From Dehalococcoidia bacterium (GTDB lineage Bacteria > Chloroflexota > Dehalococcoidia > UBA2979): 64,000 nucleotides of DNA. The notes below the pieces were generated by a model, which was not told the origin of the DNA, did no database searches, and saw nothing but the letters and a program-made list of their open reading frames with translations. How positions within the stretch are numbered: position 1 is the stretch's first letter; each line of letters starts with the position of its first letter. The stretch covers positions 1,088,001 through 1,152,000 of the forward strand of contig OZ244720.1 in the NCBI GenBank assembly GCA_965219085.1. The letters are read 5' to 3'. The position numbers and the translations under genes are program-made. Shown here piece by piece: positions 48,488 to 57,546 of the stretch.

Positions 48488-49396
48488 CTACGCGCGCTCC
48501 GCCCGCACGATGAAGCGATCGCGGTACGACTTCGTCGCGACGTCGAACTCGCCGCCGCAGGTGATGAGCGTGATGCTGTCGACCGGCACGTCGCCGCTGA
48601 GGACCGGGAGCCACTCGGCATCGGGGCCGTCCGCCTCGATCTGGCGGGTCCACGTGACCGTGTACTGCAGGACGTTGCCGCCGACCTCCACCTCGATCAC
48701 GTCGCCGGGGGAGAGCAGGCGCAGGCTGAAGAAGACGCCCTGGCCGCGGTAGTTCGCCTCGGCCCACGGGATCGTGTGGTTGTAATCGACGTGGCCGGAG
48801 AACACGGCGTTCTTGCCGCCGCCCGGCACGCCGCCGAGGCCGTCCCACTCCGAGAAGTCGTACCACACGACGTCGCCGGGGCCCGTCGGGTTGGGCATCT
48901 TCGCGCCCACGTAGCGCTGCCCCACCGGCGCGTCGACGCCGAGCACCGGGATGCGCAGCCGCCCGAGCGTCGCGTCCGGCGCCTCGCCGAACAGCCGATG
49001 CAACTCGTCCAGGCTGAACACCGTCGGCGCCCCCGCGGGTTGCGCGGGCGCGGCGACGGCATCGTCGCCGTCGTCGGGCTCGGGCGTCGGCGTGGGGGTG
49101 GGCGTCGGCGTGGCGGTCGGCGTGGGCGTCGCCGCCGGGGGTGGCGTCGCCACGGGCGGCGACGGTGTCGCGGTCGCCGAGGCGGCGACGGCGGGCGGCT
49201 GCGCCTCGGCGGCCGGCGCCACGGACGTGATCACCACGTCCGGGGGGTCGTCGTCGCCGCCTGTGAGGACGAACGTCGCCGCGATCAGGATGCCGGCCAG
49301 CACGCCGGCGACAACGCCGATCGCGGCCCAGCGCGCGAGCGGCGACCTGCTGGATGAGAACAGCGTGTCGAGGAAGCGCGGGCGTTTCGAGGTCAT
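48488..49396 (-). CDS. Class F sortase
   Basis: N-terminal TM, Pro/Thr linker, LRIPVLGVDAPV, FSGHVD, ITLITCGG, YRDRFIVRA (His-Cys-Arg triad). Confidence 0.9.
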   Translation of the reverse strand: MTSKRPRFLDTLFSSSRSPLARWAAIGVVAGVLAGILIAATFVLTGGDDDPPDVVITSVAPAAEAQPPAVAASATATPSPPVATPPPAATPTPTATPTPTPTPTPEPDDGDDAVAAPAQPAGAPTVFSLDELHRLFGEAPDATLGRLRIPVLGVDAPVGQRYVGAKMPNPTGPGDVVWYDFSEWDGLGGVPGGGKNAVFSGHVDYNHTIPWAEANYRGQGVFFSLRLLSPGDVIEVEVGGNVLQYTVTWTRQIEADGPDAEWLPVLSGDVPVDSITLITCGGEFDVATKSYRDRFIVRAERA

Positions 49397-49608
49397 GCGG
49401 GGAGTCCTTCGGTCTCGACCCGGCTGCGCGCGGTCACGCCGCCGGTTCGACTCCCACCACTCGTGACATATCGTTCACGATGCGGCGCGTGCTTGCAACA
49501 CCCATCGTCGCGCCGAACGTACGCTTATCACGATTGTTTGGCTGTAATCCAACCATTGACCCGCTACACTGGCAGCGCACCCGCCCCCACCGACCGAGGG
49601 GAGCAGCG

Positions 49609-49890
49609 ATGGCCTTCGACACCGAGCGCGCAGCCCGCCGGCTCACGGACGCCGGCTTGGACGAACGTGCCGCGAACGGCGTGGCGGACGTTGTGGGCTC
49701 CGCTACCGACGGACTCGCCACCGAGGCGAGCCTCGAGTCCGGCTTGCACGCGCTCGAGACGAGCTTGCTGGAAGTCAAGTCCAGCATCGCGGCGCTCGAG
49801 GCGCGCATCTACCGCGCGCTGTGGCTGCAGGGCATGGGCATCCTCGCCGGCACCGCCGCGATCGTCACCATCATCAACGTGCTCAACTGA
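49609..49890 (+). CDS. DUF1640/CCDC90-like coiled-coil membrane-anchored protein (array B1)
   Basis: MAFDTERAARRLTDAG head, LATEASL neck, C-terminal TM. Confidence 0.85.
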   Translation: MAFDTERAARRLTDAGLDERAANGVADVVGSATDGLATEASLESGLHALETSLLEVKSSIAALEARIYRALWLQGMGILAGTAAIVTIINVLN

Positions 49891-49923
49891 CGCACCCGCC
49901 CCCACCGACCGAGGGGAGCAGCG

Positions 49924-50238
49924 ATGGCCTTCGACACCGAGCGCGCAGCCCGCCGGCTCGCTGACGCCGGCTTGGACGAACGCGCCGCCAACGGCGTCGC
50001 CGACGTGGTGGCCAGCGCCACCGACGGACTCGCCACCGAGGCGAGCCTCGAGTCCGGCTTGCACGCGCTCGAGACGAGCTTGCTGGAAGTCAAGTCCAGC
50101 ATCGCGGCGCTCGAGGGCCGCATCGACGCCAGCATCGCGAAGCTTGAGGCGCGCTTCGCTCGCGCGCTGTGGCTGCAGGGCATGGGCATCCTCGCCGGCA
50201 CCGCCGCGATCGTCACCATCATCAACGTCCTCGACTGA
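49924..50238 (+). CDS. DUF1640/CCDC90-like protein (array B2)
   Basis: As B1 plus one 11-aa stalk unit. Confidence 0.85.
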   Translation: MAFDTERAARRLADAGLDERAANGVADVVASATDGLATEASLESGLHALETSLLEVKSSIAALEGRIDASIAKLEARFARALWLQGMGILAGTAAIVTIINVLD

Positions 50239-50270
50239 CGCACCCGCCCCCACGAGCGAGGGGAGCAGCG

Positions 50271-50552
50271 ATGGCCTTCGACACCGAGCGCGCAGCCCGC
50301 CGGCTCGCTGACGCCGGCTTGGACGAACGCGCCGCCAACGGCGTGGCGGACGTTGTGGGCTCCGCTACCGACGGACTCGCCACCGAGGCGAGCCTCGAGT
50401 CCGGCTTGCACGCGCTCGAGACGAGCTTGCTGGAAGTCAAGTCCAGCATCGCGGCGCTCGAGGCGCGCATCTACCGCGCGCTGTGGCTGCAGGGCATGGG
50501 CATCCTCGCCGGCACCGCCGCGATCGTCACCATCATCAACGTCCTCGACTGA
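50271..50552 (+). CDS. DUF1640/CCDC90-like protein (array B3)
   Basis: Nearly identical to B1. Confidence 0.85.
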   Translation: MAFDTERAARRLADAGLDERAANGVADVVGSATDGLATEASLESGLHALETSLLEVKSSIAALEARIYRALWLQGMGILAGTAAIVTIINVLD

Positions 50553-50584
50553 CGCACCCGCCCCCACGAGCGAGGGGAGCAGCG

Positions 50585-51070
50585 ATGGCCTTCGACACCG
50601 AGCGCGCAGCCCGCCGGCTCACGGACGCCGGCATGGACGAACGCGCCGCCAACGGCGTCGCCGACGTGGTGGCCAGCGCTACCGACGGACTCGCGACCGA
50701 GGCGAGCCTCCAATCCGGCCTGCACGCGCTCGAGACGAGCTTGCTGGAAGTCAGGGCCAGCATCGCCGCGCTCGAAGGCCGCATCGACGCCAGCATCGCG
50801 AAGCTTGAGGGCCGTATCGACGCCAGCATCGCCGCGCTCGAGGGCCGCATCGACGCCAGCATCGCCACGCTCGAGGGCCGTATCGACGCCAGCATCGCCG
50901 CGCTTGAGGGCCGCATCGACGCCAGCATCGCCACGCTCGAGGGCCGTATCGAGGCCAACATCGCGAAGCTAGAGGCGCGCATGATCAAGTGGACCGTCGG
51001 CGCAATCCTCGCCGGAATGAGCGCATCGGCCGCCATCGCCGCGGCCATCGTCCAGCTCATCGGCGGGTGA
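50585..51070 (+). CDS. DUF1640/CCDC90-like protein (array B4, long stalk)
   Basis: Six SIAxLEGRI(D/E)A units (33-bp tandem repeat, about 50759-50956) and a different TM (MIKWTVG...). Confidence 0.85.
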   Translation: MAFDTERAARRLTDAGMDERAANGVADVVASATDGLATEASLQSGLHALETSLLEVRASIAALEGRIDASIAKLEGRIDASIAALEGRIDASIATLEGRIDASIAALEGRIDASIATLEGRIEANIAKLEARMIKWTVGAILAGMSASAAIAAAIVQLIGG

Positions 51071-51075
51071 GCACG

Positions 51076-51363
51076 ATGGCCTTCGACACCGAGCGCGCAG
51101 CCCGCCGGCTCACGGACGCCGGCATGGACGAACGCGCCGCCAACGGCGTCGCCGACGTGGTGCGCAGCGCCACCGACGGACTCGCGACCGAGGCGAGCCT
51201 ACTGGAACTCACGGCCAGCATCGCCGCGCTCGAGGGCCGTATCGAGGCCAACATCGCGAAGCTTGAGGCGCGCATGATCAAGTGGACCGTCGGCGCGATC
51301 CTCGCCGGCATGGGCGCGTCGGCCGCCATCGCCGCGGCCATCGCGCAGCTCGCCGGCGGGTGA
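51076..51363 (+). CDS. DUF1640/CCDC90-like protein (array B5)
   Basis: Same head, short stalk, MIKWTVG-type TM. Confidence 0.85.
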   Translation: MAFDTERAARRLTDAGMDERAANGVADVVRSATDGLATEASLLELTASIAALEGRIEANIAKLEARMIKWTVGAILAGMGASAAIAAAIAQLAGG

Positions 51364-51427
51364 CCGCGGACGCCGCCATGCGGGTCGGGATCGATGCAGC
51401 CTCCTCCCACCACGTCACACGGCACCC

Positions 51428-51512
51428 CGCGGGGTATCCCCGCGTGCAGCCAAACACGGGGTATCCCCGCGTGAAAGCCACACACGGGGTATCCCCGCGT
51501 GAAAGCCACACA
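51428..51512 (+). repeat. Three tandem 27-28-bp units carrying the palindrome CGGGG-TAT-CCCCG
   Basis: C(G/A)CGGGGTATCCCCGCGTG..AGCCA three times; TAT centres at 51435, 51462 and 51490. Confidence 0.92.
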
Positions 51513-51516
51513 AGGA

Positions 51517-51541
51517 GAGGGCCCCCACATGGGGGGCCCTC
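51517..51541. terminator. Hairpin between convergent transcription units
   Basis: GAGGGCCCCC-ACATG-GGGGGCCCTC, a 10-bp stem. Confidence 0.55.
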
Positions 51542-51591
51542 CCGCGATCAGCGTCCGAGGGGGCGCTAACGCCCCCGCGTGGCGCCGAAGG

Positions 51592-52203
51592 TTAGTCGAT
51601 GCGGCCCGTCACCGTGCGCGCACCCGCGACGCCGGCAGCAGCCAGCGCGCCGAGCGCGAGGACGAGGAACATCGAGGCCGAACCGGACTCGGTCGCGAGG
51701 CCGGCGTTGCCGTCATCCGGCGGCTCCGGCGTCATGCCGTTCTTGTCGTCGTCCTCGGGCATCGCTGGCGTTGCCTCTGGCGTCGCCTCGGGCATCGCTG
51801 GCGTTGCCTCAGGTGTCGCCTCAGGCGTCTCCACCGGAGGAGGCGGCGCGATGGTCAGCGCGATGACCTGGGCGTCGGACGCGGCCCACGTGGCCGTCTG
51901 CTCGGCGGCCTGGCCGTTGACCTGGAAGGTCACGGTCGCGCCGTCGACGGCGCCGCCGCCACAGTCCTCCTCGTCGACCCAGATGGCCCACTCGCCGGCG
52001 TTGTCGACCTCGGTGGAGTCGCAGACGACGCCGCCGATCAGCGCGGTGATGGTGCCGCCCGCCTCCTGGCCGCCACCGTAGTAGATGGCCTGGGTCGGGC
52101 CCTGCGCGAGCGCGGAGTGCGCACCGAACGCGAGCGGCCCGAGCAGCAGCGCGAGGAGCGCCGCCACGAAGGCGAGCCGCGCGGGTCCCTTCGTCATGTT
52201 CAT
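51592..52203 (-). CDS. Secreted protein with a C-terminal sorting-signal-like motif (candidate sortase substrate)
   Basis: Signal peptide, Cys-paired beta domain, EATP linker, PEPPDDGNAGL followed by a hydrophobic helix and RTVTGR tail. Confidence 0.75.
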   Translation of the reverse strand: MNMTKGPARLAFVAALLALLLGPLAFGAHSALAQGPTQAIYYGGGQEAGGTITALIGGVVCDSTEVDNAGEWAIWVDEEDCGGGAVDGATVTFQVNGQAAEQTATWAASDAQVIALTIAPPPPVETPEATPEATPAMPEATPEATPAMPEDDDKNGMTPEPPDDGNAGLATESGSASMFLVLALGALAAAGVAGARTVTGRID

Positions 52204-52361
52204 TCAGTCTCTCCTTGCCGGGCTCATCGCTTCCGGGTCCGCCACCCGGGAGCGCCCTTTGGGCTTGACGTTTCGGATGGGAGAGCGGGCCCCGGACCGG
52301 TCAGACCGGTACCGCGAGCCCGCTGCTCCTCTCCTGTTCAAGGCCGAGGCGTCGTGACGCC

Positions 52362-53378
52362 CTAGCCCTCCATGCCGTTGTCGCCCATGGAGTCGTCCAT
52401 GCCGTCGTCGCCCATGGAGTCATCCATGCCGTCGTCGCCCATGGAGTCTTCCATGCCGTCGTCGCCCATGGAGTCTTCCATGCCGTCGTCGCCCATGGAG
52501 TCTTCCATGCCGTCCATGCCGTAGTTGCAGTCGCTCACGATGACCGCTTCAGGGCCATCGAAGCCGTCGCCGTACGCGCTCATGAACGGGGCGTTGACGA
52601 TGCCGAACTCGGGGTTCGGGACGAACGGCAGGTAGCCCTCGCCGTCCGGCTCGTTGACCCAGATGGTCGAGCTACCGGGGCACACGGCCAGGGCCGCGGC
52701 CTCGAGCTGCTCCACCGAGCCACCGCTGAAGATCGCCAGGCCCTGCGAACCGCTCAGCGACGGAGGCGCGGGCGGAGGCGCGGGCGTCGCTTCGGGCGTT
52801 GCCTCAGGCGTTGCTTCAGGCGTTGCCTCAGGCGTCGCTTCGGGCGTTGCCTCAGGCGTTGCCTCAGGCGTTGCCTCAGGCGTCGCTTCGGGCGTTGCCT
52901 CAGGCGTTGCCTCAGGCGTCGCTTCGGGCGTTGCCTCAGGCGTCGCTTCGGGCGTTGCCTCGGGCGTCGCCTCAGGCGGAGGCGCAGCGGCGACCGTCAG
53001 CGCGATGCCGTGCAACGGGTCGGGCGGCAGGTAGCCGGCCGTCCAGTCCAGGGTCTCAGCAGCGGGGTCGCCGTTGATGGTGAACGTGATGGTCGCGCCT
53101 TCCACGGCGCCACCGTCACAGTCGGCCGGGTGGATCGTAAAGGCCCACTGGCCGTTTGCGGCGGCAGTCATCGTGCCGCACTCCACGTCGCCGATCGAGG
53201 CGGCGATTACGTCACCCTCGGCGACAACGCCTCCGGCTTCGGAGTCGCCGTAGACGTTGGCCGGCGGCGGGGTCACCTGGGCGACCACGGAGCCGGCGTT
53301 GAATGCGAGCGGCACCAGGATGAGCGCGAACAGCGCGGCGACGAACCCGAGAGAGGTCAGTCCCTTCGCATTGCTCAT
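52362..53378 (-). CDS. Secreted surface protein with (EATP)16 linker, GGSV domain and Met/Asp-rich tail
   Basis: N-terminal domain paralogous to 51592-52203 (DCxGGAVxGATxTF); same AAGGAGAGACTGAATG leader. Confidence 0.8.
   Translation of the reverse strand: MSNAKGLTSLGFVAALFALILVPLAFNAGSVVAQVTPPPANVYGDSEAGGVVAEGDVIAASIGDVECGTMTAAANGQWAFTIHPADCDGGAVEGATITFTINGDPAAETLDWTAGYLPPDPLHGIALTVAAAPPPEATPEATPEATPEATPEATPEATPEATPEATPEATPEATPEATPEATPEATPEATPEATPEATPAPPPAPPSLSGSQGLAIFSGGSVEQLEAAALAVCPGSSTIWVNEPDGEGYLPFVPNPEFGIVNAPFMSAYGDGFDGPEAVIVSDCNYGMDGMEDSMGDDGMEDSMGDDGMEDSMGDDGMDDSMGDDGMDDSMGDNGMEG
52372..52510 (-). repeat. 27-bp coding tandem repeat x5, M(E/D)DSMGD(D/N)G
   Basis: CATGCCGTCGTCGCCCATGGAGTC.TC units are directly visible. 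Confidence 0.9.
52783..52974 (-). repeat. 12-bp coding tandem repeat x16 (EATP)
   Basis: GGCGT(C/T)GC(C/T)TC(A/G) over 192 bp. Confidence 0.93.
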
Positions 53379-53481
53379 TCAGTCTCTCCTTCTTGAGGGG
53401 ATTGCGTTTCGGAGCGGCCCCCGCGCCCCGGCCGAAACCAGGGCGCGGGGGGCGCGTATTTCAACCAGGCGCTAATCCCCC

Positions 53482-55416
53482 CTAGCCGCCACAGCCGCCG
53501 ACGAGCAGCGGCTCGTTGGCCGGGACGCCATCCGAGAACAGCGCGTTGAACGGGGCGTTGACCACCTCGACCATCGTGCCCGGGATGAAGGACACGTAGT
53601 TGCCCTGGTAGTCGGTCGCGTACGCCCTGACACCGGCGCCGCAAGCGTCGGTTAGTGCCGTGGCGAGCTCGTCGACCGAGCCGCCCGTGAAGGTCACCAG
53701 GGTGAAACCCTGGGCCGCGGGCTGCTTGCTCAGGCTCGGGGCCGCCGGAGGCGGCACAACCACCTCAACCGGCTCAGAGCCAGTGTTCAGCTCGAGGACG
53801 TGCTGGACGCGCGCGTCACCCTTGCCTGCACGGATCCGGAAGACCGCCGTGCCCTCGCTGAGCGGGGCCGTGTAGGTGAACTTCCCAATACCGTTGGTGG
53901 TCGTGACGGAACCGTCGGTGATGCCCTCAATGAGGCCATCGCCCTGGACCTTCAGGACCTCAACGGTCGTCTCGCCGACAAGGACGCCCTCGTCGTCGCG
54001 GACCGTGATGATGACCTCGTTGTCGCTCAGCGGCACAAGGTACGAACCAGTGGCCGGGCTGGTCTCGAGGGACGACGGCGCACCGGCGACCTCGATCTCA
54101 ACCGAAGCCTCAAGGTCGCCCAGCACGAAGTTAATCGTGTGCACGCCACGGGCCGATGCCTCGTTGTCAGCCGTTCCCGCGACATCCGGGGTGGCCGTCA
54201 CCTCGACGACACACTGGCCGTCGTCGTTCGTGCCGGTCGACGCGAATACGCCCACGACTGGGTCAGGAGTCTGGTCAGGAATGGCCACGACCTCGGTCAC
54301 AGGACCACAAGCCGGGATGTCGCCCTTCTCGATCTCGCCCTGGGTCTTCTTGTCCTTGTTGACGTTGTAGGCGCCGTCCTCGTCCACAGCCGTGGTGACG
54401 AGGTTAGAGTCATCCTCCGGGCCTACGACTTCTTCGTCACCCGCCTCCGGCTGCACACCCTTGACCGGGTTGTCCGCACCGTCGGTGACGGTCAGGACCA
54501 CGAAGACCGATCCGCCGACCTCGATCGAGTCCTGCTCGGCCTCGGCCACGAGGTTCTTCGCATCGCCGAACAGGGTGACCTCGAGCGTCTGGGCGTCGAG
54601 GGTCCCGTGGGTCACCGTGATGGTCGCAGTGCCCTCGCGGTTACCACCGGTCAGCGTGACAACGGCGTTACCGTCGGCACCGGTGTCCCCGGTGAAGTTG
54701 CTCGTGCTCGTCCAGACCTGGCACCACTGCACGTTCTGAGCGGCCGCGATGTTGGTCGGGTTCACGCCCGACGCCGGGCAGTTCAGCGTGCCGAGCGTGG
54801 TGATGAACGTGATGCGCTCATCGTTCATACCATCCTTGGTCTTCTGGTTGTTCGTGACGGTCGCACGAATCTGCGTGGAGCCACCAGCAGCACTGCCGTC
54901 AGCATTGATCGTCGTTGACGCTGCCTTCACCGCCAGCCTGGCCGGCTTCGGCTCCGTCGTGACCGTGATGACCACGGTCGTACTGGTCTCGGTAGTGGGC
55001 ACCGCCAAAGTGTCGGTGAGGACGATGGTGTACCTCAAGATGATGAACCCGTCGGCCGAGTCCTCATCGACGTTCAGCTTAACCTGAACGGAGCCATCAA
55101 TGTCTGCATTGTCCCCGTCGACGCCAGTGTCACAACTACCGTCGTCGCTACAGGCGAGCGTCTGGTCGCCGCCCGATGCGAAGCTACCGGTCGACGTGCT
55201 GTTCTCCCCGTCGATCGTGAACCGTACGATCTCCGCATTGGCAACAGTAATGACCGCTGTGTCGCCTGGCTCGACCTTCGCCGTGTTGGTGCCCCCCACT
55301 ATGACGTCCTTGGCCTCGACGGTTGTCGGGGAGGACGTGATCAGCACAGCGAACGCGACCGCGAATGCGGCGGCGATCACGAGTGCGGATGCGCCTAGCT
55401 TTCGTACGTAACTCAA
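53482..55416 (-). CDS. Secreted acidic Thr/Val/Asp/Gly-rich Ig-like repeat protein (S-layer-like) with a C-terminal GGSV domain
   Basis: TTG start after a purine-rich RBS; signal peptide; invasin/Big-1-like strands (ITFITTLGTL, GTATITVT, TVTDGADNPV); Lys-richer and lower GC than neighbours; about 500-bp upstream gap. The S-layer role is inferred. Confidence 0.72.
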   Translation of the reverse strand: MSYVRKLGASALVIAAAFAVAFAVLITSSPTTVEAKDVIVGGTNTAKVEPGDTAVITVANAEIVRFTIDGENSTSTGSFASGGDQTLACSDDGSCDTGVDGDNADIDGSVQVKLNVDEDSADGFIILRYTIVLTDTLAVPTTETSTTVVITVTTEPKPARLAVKAASTTINADGSAAGGSTQIRATVTNNQKTKDGMNDERITFITTLGTLNCPASGVNPTNIAAAQNVQWCQVWTSTSNFTGDTGADGNAVVTLTGGNREGTATITVTHGTLDAQTLEVTLFGDAKNLVAEAEQDSIEVGGSVFVVLTVTDGADNPVKGVQPEAGDEEVVGPEDDSNLVTTAVDEDGAYNVNKDKKTQGEIEKGDIPACGPVTEVVAIPDQTPDPVVGVFASTGTNDDGQCVVEVTATPDVAGTADNEASARGVHTINFVLGDLEASVEIEVAGAPSSLETSPATGSYLVPLSDNEVIITVRDDEGVLVGETTVEVLKVQGDGLIEGITDGSVTTTNGIGKFTYTAPLSEGTAVFRIRAGKGDARVQHVLELNTGSEPVEVVVPPPAAPSLSKQPAAQGFTLVTFTGGSVDELATALTDACGAGVRAYATDYQGNYVSFIPGTMVEVVNAPFNALFSDGVPANEPLLVGGCGG

Positions 55417-55662
55417 AATGTTCTCTCTTCCTTCGAGTTACTTCGTTATCTGTGTTCCGTCGCGTCGCGCTGGTCGATCGCCCTCCTCATATCGGGGCTC
55501 CCGTTGCGAGGGTCTGAACTGCGGGGCTTGTGCCGCCGCTCGAGCTGGACGCCGCAAGCATCCCGCCTGTCATCCCGTTCGCTGGAAGCCGGTCTCCTGT
55601 TCTCGCGCCTGGCTTGCCGCCGCGCAGCGCACAACACGCCACGACCGGGCAGCCCCCCTTCA

Positions 55663-55755
55663 TGCGGGGATACCCCGCAAGGGCCGGCACATGGGGAGTA
55701 ACGCGCGGGAGCGGCCTCGGGTTAATGCAGGTCAGCAATGCGGGGATACCCCGCA
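55663..55755 (-). promoter_or_regulatory. Two TGCGGGG-ATA-CCCCGCA palindromes flanking an ECF-type promoter candidate
   Basis: Palindromes at 55663-55679 and 55739-55755; between them, minus-strand TTAACCCGA-N10-GCGCGTT (55725-55700). Confidence 0.65.
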
Positions 55756-55943
55756 GGGAGCGGCATGTGCGCACACCCCGCCCCCACCCGTTGGCCCTCG
55801 CTGCGTGGAGATGCCCGTGGGCGCCTCGTATCCCCCGGCGTCGGGGCACGCGTTCTCTCCACGTGCAGTGATAGCGCACGCAGCCGCAAGCGTCGACCCG
55901 CGGGGTATGTTCGCCGCCACCCGGCGAGCGCCCGCCCGTCCCC

Positions 55944-57179
55944 CTACTGCCCCGTCGACGCCTCGCCGGCCAGCACGCACACCAGGTCATCGTTCGCCAA
56001 CCCTGCGTACGCCTCGCACACGTAGCCGTCGCCGTCGCCGTCGAACTCCAGCGGCACGCGGTAGTCCGGGAACCCGCCCCCGTCGCTGAACGACCGCGGC
56101 GAGATGTAGCGCGCCGCCTCCCGGCACGACCCGTACGCCAGCGCCCGCATCGTCGCCTGCTCCCGCACCGCCCACGCCTCGAAGTCCGCGTAGAGCTGCT
56201 GGAGCGGGACGCCGAACGCCGCCTCGAACGCAGTGTGCAGCTCCGCGCCGTCACGGACGTCGTCGTAGAACGCCAGCCAGTCCTCGAACGCGCCGTACGA
56301 CTCGATCGCGTACAGCGCGGCCGCCCCCATCAGGTCCTGATGCGCCCGGCCCGCGCGGAAGTCCGTGGCCGGCTCGTGGAAGACCGCCGAGCGGTAGCGG
56401 TCGTTGCGCACGGTGGGGGGCTCCCCCCGCTGGTACCAGGTCCAGTAGTACTCGAACGTGGCCGCCCCCACCCAGCGCGCGCTGACGTGGTGGGGCTGCA
56501 CCGCGCGGATGAACCACTCCCGCGCGATCGCCGTCGCGTCCGTCCGGCACTCCGGCCCAACAAAGATGTGCGCCCCGCGCTGGAACGCGCACTCGCCCGG
56601 CAGCTCGTCGAGCGCCTCCCCGAACGCCTCCTGGTAGCGCACGAGCAGGCCCGCGGGCGTGTACGCGATGTTGATCGTGATCGGCCCCTCGTGGGTGAGG
56701 CCGAGGTTCGTGCGCGCGTACGTGATCACCCTGCGCATCTCCGTCGCGATCGCGCGTTGCTTCGCGCGGTCGTCCCACATCCCTCGCACGCTGCAGCACG
56801 TGGCGCGCCCTGTCAGCGCCTCGCCGGGCGGGAGCAGATGCGGCGTCGCGGGGGTCAGGGGCGTGAACGGCAGCGCTTCCACCCCGCCGACCTCGACCTC
56901 GACGGTGACGGGCACGGAGATGGTCACCGGGTCGCTGAACAGCAGGGTCGGGATGCCGGGGTACTGCTCGAGATCCACGCGGAAGTCGTGGGTGATCCAC
57001 TCGTGGCCTCCTGGCCCGAGCTGGCGCGTGCTCACGAAGGCCGACTGGGAGCGGAGGCTGACCCAGAACTCCAGCTCGACCTCGACGCTGGTCTCGACGG
57101 TGCGTGTGGCGGCGAAGGCGCTGAGCGCGCCCGCGGCGGCGAGCACGGCGAGGAGACCCACGATGGCGGCACTTTTCAT
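55944..57179 (-). CDS. Secreted protein with a C-terminal Excalibur-like Ca-binding motif
   Basis: Signal peptide; YGSCREAA...DYRVPLEFDGDGDGYVCE. Confidence 0.75.
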   Translation of the reverse strand: MKSAAIVGLLAVLAAAGALSAFAATRTVETSVEVELEFWVSLRSQSAFVSTRQLGPGGHEWITHDFRVDLEQYPGIPTLLFSDPVTISVPVTVEVEVGGVEALPFTPLTPATPHLLPPGEALTGRATCCSVRGMWDDRAKQRAIATEMRRVITYARTNLGLTHEGPITINIAYTPAGLLVRYQEAFGEALDELPGECAFQRGAHIFVGPECRTDATAIAREWFIRAVQPHHVSARWVGAATFEYYWTWYQRGEPPTVRNDRYRSAVFHEPATDFRAGRAHQDLMGAAALYAIESYGAFEDWLAFYDDVRDGAELHTAFEAAFGVPLQQLYADFEAWAVREQATMRALAYGSCREAARYISPRSFSDGGGFPDYRVPLEFDGDGDGYVCEAYAGLANDDLVCVLAGEASTGQ

Positions 57180-57281
57180 GACGGCGAGGATAGCGCGCGT
57201 GTAGGGATGGGTAGCAGGGTTGGGTTGCTACACAGTACAACGCGGGTGACGGAGGGCTACGTGAAGGAGCCTGGTTGAGGA

Positions 57282-57541
57282 CTAGTTGAGGACCTGCGCG
57301 ATGGCGGCGGCGATCGCGGCAGCGATGCCCATGCCGGTGAGGAGCGTGCCGACGGTCCAGCGCGTGAGGCGCGTCTCCATCTGGTGCATCTCTACTCGCA
57401 GGCGCTCCTCGGAGAGCCGCACCTCGTGGCGGAGCAACTCGAGGTCCCCTTTGGTGGCGAAGTCGCTCGGAGCTGCTTGGGCTGAGGTCATGCACTCCTC
57501 CCTGGGAGTTTGGCGGCGCGCAGCGTGTCGAATAGCGCCAC
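57282..57541 (-). pseudogene. DUF1640-like gene (array C3), frameshifted in the head region
   Basis: GTG at 57541 gives MALFDTLRAAK, then a 1-nt shift to TPREECMTSAQA...FATKGDL...RWTVG TM. A headless 69-aa product from ATG 57491 (GGAGGAG RBS) remains possible. Confidence 0.7.
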
Positions 57542-57546
57542 GGCGG

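Larger units (their letters stand above)
49576..50584 (+). repeat. Four copies of a 32-33-bp leader before the array B genes
   Basis: CGCACCCGCCCCCAC(CGAC/GAG)CGAGGGGAGCAGCG at 49576, 49891, 50239 and 50553, each directly before ATGGCCTTCGACACC. Confidence 0.9.

Noticed and set aside
49576-50584. CRISPR or integron attC array suggested by the regularly spaced 33-bp repeat
   Set aside because: The intervening sequences are near-identical paralogous genes; there are no attC R-box ends and no integrase.
51428-51512. CRISPR array (ATCCCCGCGTG resembles type I-E repeats)
   Set aside because: The period is only 27-28 bp, there are no unique spacers, and no cas genes are in the window.
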